A DNA stretch of 64,000 bases from a virus (IMGVR_UViG_3300046170_000287:643-64642), one strand, 5' to 3'; numbered from the stretch's first letter, positions 8,750 through 16,861 are shown. The notes: generated from the letters alone by a model not told the origin. Numbers and translations: made by a program.

Positions 8750-10624
8750 TTATCCTACGTATGTAAGTAGTACCTGGTAAGCTGAATCAGCTGGTGTTCC
8801 AGTGAATGCGACTTGTAAGTTTGCTGCAGATCTTGTTATATCTGCATATACTGTTTGACCAGCGGCAGTTACAACTTCACACTTAGTGTTTATAGCTGTA
8901 GAACCAGAACCAAATACAGAAGCGTTAGAAACATCTACTGTAAAAGTTCTTATACCTCCAGAGTCTGCTTTTGATACATATGCTAATCCGCTGTTTAATA
9001 CAATGTTTTTACCTAAAGCTCCAGTGTCTGTAGAAGCTATTGTAACTTCAGTTGCGCTGTTTCTAGTAAGAGTTATATTAGATCCAGCTGTTAATTGTAC
9101 AACTGAATTATCTGTACCAGATGTAGAAGTTAGATTTAAATCTACATTACTACCATCTTGTGTAGCATTTAGGTCGTAAGTTTCATCAGTGTTTGTAGTG
9201 TAAGAAGGAACATCCCAAGTATTGTCTTTACTTAAAAATCTTGTTCCTGTAGTAGAAGTTCCGTCTACAGCAGTTAAATCTACATCACCTATTGTAACCG
9301 CACCTATTGCTGCGGAATTTGTTGTTCCGTAAGCTACATAAGTACCTCCATTGCTATTAGTAAAAGTTGTAACACCTTCGTCGCCTTGTACTATAACCCA
9401 ATCATTAATATCAGATGTACCTTGTGCTGCATCTAATTTAGCAATAACAGAATCACCAACATCTAATGTTACAGATCCATAGAAACTACCAGCTGTTGTT
9501 ACAACATAGTAATCACCAACCGATACCGCAACTCTTGAAGCACCTGTTGTTAAGTTACCACCGCCATCTAGTGCACCTGTGCCAGCATTAAAACCGTCTT
9601 TAAAAGTTAATCCTCCAGCAACTAAACTATCTACATATGCTTTTGAAGCTGCGTCTGTGTTAGCGGAAGGTGTTGTTGGAATAGTAACTTGTCCACCAAA
9701 GCTTGATTGACCAGTTCCAGATACTGTTAATTCTCCACCAACTGTAAGATCATCTACTATTGTTACATCATCTTCTAGGTCAAAAGTTAATGTACTTGTA
9801 CTAGATCCAGTTACTTTAACAGTGGTAGATGTTCCATTTACATTTACTATATCAGTACTACCATCACTTCCAGTTAAAACAATATCAGGATTAGCGCCGT
9901 TAGTTGTAGGTAGTGTATATGTAGTATTAGTATTAGTAGGAAAAGTTACTGTTTGAATATCTACAGCTGTAATGTGACCAGTTGAGTTTGTTGTTATAGT
10001 ATTAACTAAATCAACTGTACCGCCAGATCCTGGAGATGAAGATGAAGTTGTATCTGATCTAGTTGTAGAATCGTGAGTAAGCGTTACTGTTCTTGTACCT
10101 CCAATAGAACCTGATATATAAGTTCCACCTACGACATTTACTGTTTGTCCGTTTGAAACTGTTTGATCAGTTCCAGTTGTAGAACCAATATCCCATGTTG
10201 ACATACCTCCAGCAGTTCCATTTGCTGCTGCTGTTATTCTACCTTGAGCATCAATTGTAATATCCGCTAACGTGTAAGAACCAGGAGTTACTGATGTGTT
10301 TGCTAAATTAAAACTAATACTAGTCCCTGAGTTACTTGTTTCTATAGTGCTGTTTCCACTTGTAAAAGTAACAGTATCATTATTAACAACATCAGCATTA
10401 GAACCACCTGTAGCTATAATCCATTTATCGTATGTACCACCTTGATCTCCAACATCAACCCAGCCAGCGCCTGTAAATATTCTAAGTTTATCAGTTCCTG
10501 TGTTATAATATATTTTACCCTGCACTGAATCACCAGCAGATGGATCGGCTGATAAGTTTTCTATTGCGACTTCTTCTAGGTAATTATTATTTAAGTCTAA
10601 GTTGTTTACAAATTGTATTGCCAT
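8750..10624 (-). CDS. Tail fibre-like structural protein
   Basis: Thr/Gly-rich beta repeats; GSYTLADITIDAQGRITAA and DAASKAYVD fibre motifs. Confidence 0.75.
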   Translation of the reverse strand: MAIQFVNNLDLNNNYLEEVAIENLSADPSAGDSVQGKIYYNTGTDKLRIFTGAGWVDVGDQGGTYDKWIIATGGSNADVVNNDTVTFTSGNSTIETSNSGTSISFNLANTSVTPGSYTLADITIDAQGRITAAANGTAGGMSTWDIGSTTGTDQTVSNGQTVNVVGGTYISGSIGGTRTVTLTHDSTTRSDTTSSSSPGSGGTVDLVNTITTNSTGHITAVDIQTVTFPTNTNTTYTLPTTNGANPDIVLTGSDGSTDIVNVNGTSTTVKVTGSSTSTLTFDLEDDVTIVDDLTVGGELTVSGTGQSSFGGQVTIPTTPSANTDAASKAYVDSLVAGGLTFKDGFNAGTGALDGGGNLTTGASRVAVSVGDYYVVTTAGSFYGSVTLDVGDSVIAKLDAAQGTSDINDWVIVQGDEGVTTFTNSNGGTYVAYGTTNSAAIGAVTIGDVDLTAVDGTSTTGTRFLSKDNTWDVPSYTTNTDETYDLNATQDGSNVDLNLTSTSGTDNSVVQLTAGSNITLTRNSATEVTIASTDTGALGKNIVLNSGLAYVSKADSGGIRTFTVDVSNASVFGSGSTAINTKCEVVTAAGQTVYADITRSAANLQVAFTGTPADSAYQVLLTYVG

Positions 10625-10630
10625 TTTTTA

Positions 10631-11317
10631 TTAATTTAGATATGCTTTACCAGCAAATTGAGCTGTATTTGTTATTGTTAAGTTGTTACTGTCTACATAG
10701 TCAACTTGACTAAAGACGTTTGTGTTCGATGTATCTACTACAGACACTGATGGGAATTTATTAAGATTATGATTTACATTCCACACTAAAGCCGGTACGC
10801 CTTGAGTAAATACAAATGTTTTATCTTCAAGACCACTTGATATTGTAAATGCAGCAAAGTCATAATGCTTGTCTAAAACAAGTGATCCATTACCACCTAT
10901 ATTTGTCAATGCTAAAGCATATACAGTAGGTGTTACTTGAGCATAAGAATCTATTTTGTAATGACCAAATTGATCTATTCTATTTTGCTCGTTTATTAAT
11001 ATGTTATTACCTACTAAATAGTCTATAAAAGCTTGAGTTTGTTGACCAGATGAATCTGTTGTAGATATACTAATAGTTGTAAAACTAGTCATAGCATCTC
11101 CATCAGCTGGTCCTGTAAAAGCTCCTGTTAAAGTAGGTGCGTCTGTAAACTTAAACACCATTTGACCAGATATAGATATCTTACCTTTTATATTTAAGTA
11201 TTCAGCAACAGCTTTTGCTGTAAAGTTTCTGGTTAATCTATTAGTGCTTTCGGTTCCAATCCAAGCATCGTTATCTTCAACCTGTAAGTCTCTTGGATAA
11301 GAACTTATTCTTGCCAT
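10631..11317 (-). CDS. Tail-associated structural protein
   Basis: C-terminal WNVNHNLNKFPSVSVVD...GKAYLN module common in phage tail proteins. Confidence 0.6.
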   Translation of the reverse strand: MARISSYPRDLQVEDNDAWIGTESTNRLTRNFTAKAVAEYLNIKGKISISGQMVFKFTDAPTLTGAFTGPADGDAMTSFTTISISTTDSSGQQTQAFIDYLVGNNILINEQNRIDQFGHYKIDSYAQVTPTVYALALTNIGGNGSLVLDKHYDFAAFTISSGLEDKTFVFTQGVPALVWNVNHNLNKFPSVSVVDTSNTNVFSQVDYVDSNNLTITNTAQFAGKAYLN

Positions 11318-11320
11318 GCG

Positions 11321-11875
11321 TTAATCTTGTATATTAAATATTCTATATGTAATCCACAAAGTCATTGTAGTTGTAGCTGTACCTGTTTCAGTAGGTGCCG
11401 CTGCACTTTGAAGAACTAATTTACTGCCAAACTCTGTTTCACCTGCCGTGAGATCTGGTATGTAATAAGATGTTGGTTGTTTATTAGCAATAGCTTGAGG
11501 TATAACATATTTAAAAGGAGTGACACCTGCGCTTGATTTACTTGTTATTTCTAAATCATTAGCAAAATCTAACTTGTTTAATACAGTATTACCTGTGACT
11601 TCAAACACAACTCCATATACTTGAATTATATTTTTATCAGGCCCAGGATTATCAATTAATATTTTTACTGGAGAGTTTAATGTTCTAAGCTCAGCTGTGC
11701 TTAGAATAACTTTTTCTGTTTTAATATAAGAAGTAGAGGCTAAACCTAACACGCTTGATACTGAAAAGTTTCTAGTCTTAGGTTGGTCACTGCTATTAAC
11801 AGATGGCACAGATGTTCCAAGAATTAAATCTCCATCTTTTGGTGTGGCTGTAGGATAAGAGTTTATGTTTGCCAT
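11321..11875 (-). CDS. Structural protein; N-terminus paralogous to 10631-11317
   Basis: MANINSYP...IGT/LGT...TRNF shared with the neighbouring gene. Confidence 0.55.
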   Translation of the reverse strand: MANINSYPTATPKDGDLILGTSVPSVNSSDQPKTRNFSVSSVLGLASTSYIKTEKVILSTAELRTLNSPVKILIDNPGPDKNIIQVYGVVFEVTGNTVLNKLDFANDLEITSKSSAGVTPFKYVIPQAIANKQPTSYYIPDLTAGETEFGSKLVLQSAAAPTETGTATTTMTLWITYRIFNIQD

Positions 11876-11876
11876 A

Positions 11877-12128
11877 TTATGTGTTTTGTGTAGTGTCGTT
11901 AGTTAGTATATCGTAATCATGTGTTAGCATAGACGCATCACCTCTTGTTAATGCTCTGTCACCCGCCGTCATATTGTTTCTTTTGTGGAATTTATCGCTA
12001 AGTGTACCATTTGTGTTTAAGAATCCGTTTTTTTGCATCATTTTCATAGCAAAAGCTTGGTTACCGCCTAGTTGTTCCATTAGTCTAGGAATAAGCTCCC
12101 CGCGTCCTGTAAATCTAGTAGTTTCCAT
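11877..12128 (-). CDS. Hypothetical protein
   Basis: First ORF after the late-type promoter motif at 12133-12165. Confidence 0.6.
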   Translation of the reverse strand: METTRFTGRGELIPRLMEQLGGNQAFAMKMMQKNGFLNTNGTLSDKFHKRNNMTAGDRALTRGDASMLTHDYDILTNDTTQNT

Positions 12129-12132
12129 ATTT

Positions 12133-12165
12133 ATATATACTCACATATAAAGCGAAAAACTTACA
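12133..12165 (-). promoter_or_regulatory. Late-type promoter motif (TGTAAG...ATGTGAGTATATAT)
   Basis: Same spacing as the other copies. Confidence 0.55.
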
Positions 12166-12169
12166 AAGT

Positions 12170-12214
12170 GTGACAATAGGGTACTACTTATATACCTTAT
12201 AAGGCTAATGTCAC
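12170..12214. repeat. 45-bp inverted-repeat box A (GTGACA-N33-TGTCAC)
   Basis: GTGACAATAG...AGGCTAATGTCAC; second copy of identical length at 18167-18211. Confidence 0.8.
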
Positions 12215-12390
12215 TATATAAAACTAGGGCTATAGCAAATAGAGAGCATTTGTGTTGAATTTTTCTGAAAATTTTGTATTTTTTTTGTAAAATCGTTTTG
12301 TAAAATCGGGCCCCGGTGTTAATATATCGAATTTTGTTTAATTAATTAGCATTTTTGTTACGTTATCAATAATCTTTTGGCATTTACTAA

Positions 12391-12426
12391 TTACAAACAA
12401 AACTGTTATTCAATTGGATAATAATA
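12391..12426 (+). promoter_or_regulatory. Early-type promoter motif, copy 1
   Basis: TTACAAACAAAA-N13-GGATAATA. Confidence 0.7.
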
Positions 12427-12468
12427 ATGTAACTAATAAATACTAATACTAATAATAAATAAATAACT

Positions 12469-12696
12469 ATGCAAATTCTAAATTCAAAAAGATTCGTCAT
12501 CAGACAATCACTAATCGGTACTGACACTACTATCAATGTCACTTTCAAAAATGGTAAAACATTCAAATATTCTCACGACAAAGTGTGGGAAATTATGAAA
12601 GATAAACTAACTAACATGAATTGTTTTATCAAATACAAGTCTTACACTTCTTCAACTAGTGTACCTGTAATAGTCAGAGATAAAGAGGTAATATAA
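12469..12696 (+). CDS. Early hypothetical protein
   Basis: First ORF after an early motif; AACT-ATG leader. Confidence 0.7.
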   Translation: MQILNSKRFVIRQSLIGTDTTINVTFKNGKTFKYSHDKVWEIMKDKLTNMNCFIKYKSYTSSTSVPVIVRDKEVI

Positions 12697-12708
12697 TAAT
12701 GCCTCTTT
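12682..12708 (+). terminator. Possible hairpin/terminator
   Basis: AAAGAGG...CCTCTTT inverted repeat spanning the stop codon; weak U-tract. Confidence 0.3.
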
Positions 12709-12896
12709 GTCATGACAGACTGTCACTGACCAACACTATTACTATAAATTAAACTAATAAATAATTATACACCTATAAATAAAACTAATATGAGAAAATT
12801 CATTCACACTATCATCTTGAAAATCAGTAGCTTTAAACTATCTGACTATGTAGAAATTGGCAGTTCACCTGATGAAACAACTTGGAGATAACAACT

Positions 12897-12936
12897 TCAC
12901 AAACAAAATACAATATCCTTTGGATAATATAATAAA
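12897..12936 (+). promoter_or_regulatory. Early-type promoter motif, copy 2
   Basis: TCACAAACAAAA-N13-GGATAATATAATAAA. Confidence 0.7.
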
Positions 12937-13094
12937 ATACTAACTAATAAAATAATAATACTATGTCTAACAAATCTTACACCTTACTAAAAATATCACT
13001 CAGAGTTTTCAAAAAACATTACCTTGAACTTACAGATGAGCAAAAGTCTGAAGTGTTAGACATATACTATGATTTCTATTAAAATAATATAACT

Positions 13095-13346
13095 ATGCAA
13101 CACAGAAATATACCATACGAATATCGTGAGTGGACTTACGAAGGCACTAAATGTTCTGCATACACATGCAAATACTTTAACTTCTATCCTTATCACATTA
13201 TATCTTTTTCTACTGATACAGAACAAGAAATGATAGCTCAAATTGATGAGTATGTAGATAATAAAGAAGTATACAAAATAAAAAGAGATTTGTCTACTAA
13301 AGCAGCAGGTGAATTCTACAAAACATTAACTTATAAAGGAGATTAA
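13095..13346 (+). CDS. Early hypothetical protein
   Basis: ORF with AACT-ATG leader. Confidence 0.65.
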   Translation: MQHRNIPYEYREWTYEGTKCSAYTCKYFNFYPYHIISFSTDTEQEMIAQIDEYVDNKEVYKIKRDLSTKAAGEFYKTLTYKGD

Positions 13347-13640
13347 TTATGAAATATATAACAATACTAGATTTTTCAGAAGGTAAAGTATACCAATATG
13401 AAATACAAGATGACCAATATGAATCAACAGAAAGCTTAGAATCATTCATATGTGACAAAGGTTTTAGCCTAGGTAACATTGAGTGGATGAGTCACTATGA
13501 TAAAAAAATATACTAACTATGAAAACAAGTAAAAAAAGAAAGTTTTCACACCATAAACTACTACAAGCTCAAATTAAAATGCTTGAACAAGAGTATTATG
13601 ATAGATTAAATGCTGAGATACCTCAATGGCAACAAGAGCT

Positions 13641-13680
13641 TTACAAATAAAATACAATAACTATTGGATAATATAATAAA
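13641..13680 (+). promoter_or_regulatory. Early-type promoter motif, copy 3
   Basis: TTACAAATAAAA-N13-GGATAATATAATAAA. Confidence 0.7.
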
Positions 13681-13687
13681 CAAAACT

Positions 13688-13879
13688 ATGCAACAAATAA
13701 AATTCTTACCAAACAACCAAATTCGCCTCGGCACTAAAACCTACAAAGGCTATCATGTCGGCGAGCTACCACCTAAATTTGCTTTTATCTACAACGAAGA
13801 TGAAGACAAAGATGGCGTCAGCGAATGGTTCAACTACAAAGGTCTAACTTATATTGAAAAAGTTGAGCTCCCATGGTAG
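13688..13879 (+). CDS. Early hypothetical protein (start moved to ATG 13688)
   Basis: The track's TTG start lies inside the promoter motif; AACT-ATG at 13688. Confidence 0.6.
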   Translation: MQQIKFLPNNQIRLGTKTYKGYHVGELPPKFAFIYNEDEDKDGVSEWFNYKGLTYIEKVELPW

Positions 13880-14124
13880 TAACTAATATGAAACAACTGC
13901 TTGTCTATGCAGAGCAGCAAAAGAAATTACGTGCAAGCGAGCATAGGCGCAAGCACGCGCATGACGGCCAGTGCAGTGGACTTAGCAATGCTGAGTACAA
14001 TAGAGTAAAGCATTCGCAGAAATCTACCTTTACGAAGGCTAGAAAGTTCACTCACAACCGTATGTGGCGGGATAATACAAAGAAATTTACAGTAGAACAA
14101 CTAAAATTAATAAAAACCCTATGA
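13873..14124 (+). CDS. Early basic hypothetical protein
   Basis: Overlapping operon packing. Confidence 0.6.
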   Translation: MVVTNMKQLLVYAEQQKKLRASEHRRKHAHDGQCSGLSNAEYNRVKHSQKSTFTKARKFTHNRMWRDNTKKFTVEQLKLIKTL

Positions 14125-14552
14125 CAAATTATCAAAAAGAGCAGTTTATGCTCGAAGAACAGTTCGTAAAGCGTCTGCTTATCGACTACGGAATTAGAGA
14201 AGTAACAACACAAAGACAGGCTAAAAATGGTACTCGTGAGTTTGAGTTTCCTGTACCTGCATACACTAAACAAAGACTTGAGTGGTATAAGCGCAAGAAA
14301 TATGAATTTAAAGACCTACCACGACTACGCATTGCTTGTTTTAAGTCAGGTTATGTACGTAAGCAAAACGGTCAATGTAGAGCGTATCAACTAAATCCTG
14401 TTTATGAGCAAAATAATAGATGGGTGTGGCAAAGAAACAATGGTGAGTTGTATATATCAAAAGGTATGACTAAAGCTCGCGCACTTATATATTCACCAAT
14501 AACAAGATTAAACTTTATGTTAAACTATTACCTTAAAAACTACGCAAAATGA
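14121..14552 (+). CDS. Early hypothetical protein
   Basis: ATGA overlap with the previous gene. Confidence 0.65.
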   Translation: MTNYQKEQFMLEEQFVKRLLIDYGIREVTTQRQAKNGTREFEFPVPAYTKQRLEWYKRKKYEFKDLPRLRIACFKSGYVRKQNGQCRAYQLNPVYEQNNRWVWQRNNGELYISKGMTKARALIYSPITRLNFMLNYYLKNYAK

Positions 14553-14737
14553 AAGAATATATAGATAATGAATTAAGTAAACTAAATCGTGGCGTAATAG
14601 CTACGCCTACAGAAGATTACCTTGAACGTTTTTCAAAAGCCAACAACGGAAGTAATGATTTTTTACTAATGCAAATGGCTAAAAACTATGGCTATAAACT
14701 AGCTTTACTTAACATTAAAGACAAAATAAATGAGTAA
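14549..14737 (+). CDS. Early hypothetical protein
   Basis: ATGA overlap. Confidence 0.6.
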   Translation: MKEYIDNELSKLNRGVIATPTEDYLERFSKANNGSNDFLLMQMAKNYGYKLALLNIKDKINE

Positions 14738-14924
14738 AATGAAAGAAATAGATTCGATAGCGCAAGGCGTAGCGGATCACTGTTGGGAAATACTATATGA
14801 TAGTGTTGCTTGGCAAATAGCAGATCAGCCTGTAAACGGTGATGATTACAATGATCTTCACGCTGATGTAATGGATCGAGCAATCGAATACCTTTACAAA
14901 CAAAATACAAACGCTGTTGGATAA
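14730..14924 (+). CDS. Early acidic hypothetical protein
   Basis: Operon packing. Confidence 0.6.
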   Translation: MSKMKEIDSIAQGVADHCWEILYDSVAWQIADQPVNGDDYNDLHADVMDRAIEYLYKQNTNAVG

Positions 14925-14933
14925 TATAATAAA
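14894..14933 (+). promoter_or_regulatory. Early-type promoter motif, copy 4
   Basis: TTACAAACAAAA-N13-GGATAATATAATAAA. Confidence 0.7.
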
Positions 14934-14940
14934 CAAATAT

Positions 14941-15129
14941 ATGTATTGCAAATGTGGTCAAACCGTACACCCAGTACGGATCGAGTTAGGTTATAGAACG
15001 TGTGTTCAGTGTTCAACAACTAAAACGTACAGTTATGTGCCTATCATCGAGCACAAGACAGGTAATACAATACAAATCGTCAGCCAAGAGGTGAGCGCTT
15101 CAGTTCACAGAGCTTGGCGGCGTAAATAG
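14941..15129 (+). CDS. TraR/DksA-like C4 zinc-finger protein
   Basis: CKCGQTVHPVRIELGYRTCVQC resembles the DksA/TraR finger (C..C...I...RL....C..C). Confidence 0.5.
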   Translation: MYCKCGQTVHPVRIELGYRTCVQCSTTKTYSYVPIIEHKTGNTIQIVSQEVSASVHRAWRRK

Positions 15130-15181
15130 CGTGAAGAACAACCACAGCTTGAAATAGTAGTGCACGGTTGTGAAGCGTAAA

Positions 15182-15347
15182 TAGCTAGACGAGTAGCTTA
15201 ATTAGGTTAAAGTAGGCGAGAACAGACACCTTGTAACTTTAACACATAAGTGAATTGCTAGCGGGAACTAGGTCAGGTTAGAGACGCAAGACAGGCTTCG
15301 CGACTCAGGCTACCGACGGGTATGAGGTTCGAATCCTCACTAGTTAC
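15182..15347 (+). ncRNA. Structured RNA ending in a tRNA-like T-arm/acceptor domain with no canonical anticodon arm
   Basis: T-arm TGAGG-TTCGAAT-CCTCA; AACTAG/CTAGTT acceptor-like stem; GTTAAAGT/ACTTTAAC stem upstream. Confidence 0.55.
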
Positions 15348-15350
15348 AAA

Positions 15351-15429
15351 GGGGGTGATATGGTTTTGACGTAGTAAAAAGCCTGCAAAGGAATTACTAC
15401 GGAAGACAGTTCGATTCTGTCCACCTCCA
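15351..15429 (+). ncRNA. Minimal tmRNA-like RNA (tRNA-like domain only)
   Basis: 5' GGGGGTGATATGGTTTTGAC tmRNA-type start; acceptor GGGGGTG/CACCTCC with G3-U70 and A73; T-arm GACAG-TTCGATT-CTGTC; P2-like CGTAGTAA/TTACTACG closed by CCT-GCAA-AGG. Confidence 0.75.
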
Positions 15430-15450
15430 CTAATTTTAAAACAAGAACAA

Positions 15451-15654
15451 ATGCCAAATATGAGTTATTGTCGGTTTGAAAACACCGTCACAGACATGAG
15501 AGATTGCATAAATGCGATCGAAGATCGAGAAACAGATGAGCTTAGCAACTATGAAGTTAATGCTCTTTCAAATTTTTTAGATCTTGCAAGAGAAATTACT
15601 AACCTCGAATATGAAATCGAGCAAATACTAGGTGAATATGACAGCAAAAGTTAG
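15451..15654 (+). CDS. Early hypothetical protein (NMSYCRFENT)
   Basis: ORF with A-rich leader. Confidence 0.65.
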   Translation: MPNMSYCRFENTVTDMRDCINAIEDRETDELSNYEVNALSNFLDLAREITNLEYEIEQILGEYDSKS

Positions 15655-15910
15655 ACAAATGACAAGTAATAGCTCAGGTAATCCTGTAGCTAATCAATTC
15701 GTTATATATACTGATGAAGGTACTTACTTTCAAAGCTATGACAGCGTTATTGCTTTTAGAGATAATAATCGTAAAATTATACTAGATAATTACCATTGGG
15801 ATTACTCACGTACTACAGGTAAATACCGTAATCAATTTTTAGGTGAAGGTATTGTAGATACAAGAGCTAAGATAGAATCAGGTGAGTATGAACTAGCAGA
15901 TCTTAACTAG
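15638..15910 (+). CDS. Conserved-looking phage early protein (NQF...FQSY...YSRTTGKY)
   Basis: Motif pattern seen in small phage early proteins; function unknown. Confidence 0.65.
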   Translation: MTAKVRQMTSNSSGNPVANQFVIYTDEGTYFQSYDSVIAFRDNNRKIILDNYHWDYSRTTGKYRNQFLGEGIVDTRAKIESGEYELADLN

Positions 15911-15950
15911 TTACAAACAAAAAACAAACACTAACGGATAATATAATAAA
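15911..15950 (+). promoter_or_regulatory. Early-type promoter motif, copy 5
   Basis: TTACAAACAAAA-N13-GGATAATATAATAAA. Confidence 0.7.
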
Positions 15951-15958
15951 ATAAAATT

Positions 15959-16207
15959 ATGAAAAGACTTACACTTTACGAAAGACTAAAGCCCGAAGTT
16001 AAAGGCGCTTTACTATCAAACATGGCTAAATATGAAGGTACTATCACAAGTATCATTGAAAAGCTTAGCAACGAAACATTTTATTCTAATCTAACAATCA
16101 GTGACATTAGCTCATTATATACATTTTCAGATATAGAACTTATTAAAGTTTCTGCTTGGGATTTTAAATACGGCGATAACATTCTAACATCTAAAGACTA
16201 TGAATAA
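15959..16207 (+). CDS. Early hypothetical protein
   Basis: ORF directly after promoter motif. Confidence 0.65.
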   Translation: MKRLTLYERLKPEVKGALLSNMAKYEGTITSIIEKLSNETFYSNLTISDISSLYTFSDIELIKVSAWDFKYGDNILTSKDYE

Positions 16208-16409
16208 AGATATAAAAGAAAGAGCTAGACATAAAGCTTTTGCAAAGATAAGCTTTTTAGAGCTAGAAAACAGAACTTACATAAGAGATATTAAAGCAGG
16301 TGGCACAGGTAGATTATCAGCTGATTTACTAAAACGCTGCTTAAGCTCTAATAAAAATGAATTACTAACGTGGCAGTACATTGCTAAACTAATAGAAACA
16401 GATGAATAA
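16200..16409 (+). CDS. Early hypothetical protein
   Basis: Overlapping packing. Confidence 0.6.
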   Translation: MNKDIKERARHKAFAKISFLELENRTYIRDIKAGGTGRLSADLLKRCLSSNKNELLTWQYIAKLIETDE

Positions 16410-16854
16410 AACACTAACACAAGAATTAATAGAACAAAAACTAGAAGAAAAAGGCTGGAAATTAACTCACGCTGAAAATATGACTTATGATCAAATGTCT
16501 GAAAAAGTACTTGATTACTACAATGTAGAGCTTACAAACAGGTTTGATAATAAATGCCAATACTATATATATACCGAATCAACTAGAGATGGCTATGAAG
16601 TATGGGTTGCAGCAGAAGATGTAAAAAATGTGTGTATATCAGAAGATGTATACTACTACGACAGTGATATTCATGATGCGCTAATTGATGCGATAAAAGA
16701 CGAGCTCTCACCTATTTATGTAGACGACACTGAAGCTGAATATATTAGCTATGCTATTGAAGAATTATATGACTATTTATACGACATAAAACTACAAGAA
16801 ACTGAAACAGAGCTTGAAGATGAAGGTTACGAGTGGCCTAAAGTTGAAGCATAA
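16402..16854 (+). CDS. Highly acidic early protein
   Basis: Strong Asp/Glu and Tyr enrichment. Confidence 0.65.
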   Translation: MNKTLTQELIEQKLEEKGWKLTHAENMTYDQMSEKVLDYYNVELTNRFDNKCQYYIYTESTRDGYEVWVAAEDVKNVCISEDVYYYDSDIHDALIDAIKDELSPIYVDDTEAEYISYAIEELYDYLYDIKLQETETELEDEGYEWPKVEA

Positions 16855-16861
16855 TAACAAA

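Noticed and set aside
15182-15429. Permuted two-piece tmRNA gene (T-arm piece preceding a tmRNA 5' end)
   Set aside because: GGGGGTG pairs with its own downstream CACCTCC, not with the upstream CTAGTTA, and no tag reading frame follows
15351-15429. Ordinary tRNA-Ala (a TGC triplet is present at 15384-15386)
   Set aside because: No D-stem, and the TGC lies in a 3-bp GCAA-capped hairpin rather than a 7-nt anticodon loop; the 5' sequence is tmRNA-type. The TGC may still hint at the element's origin
12391-15950. CRISPR-like array from the repeated early motif
   Set aside because: Copies are 0.5-1.3 kb apart, separated by genes and internally variable; no cas genes
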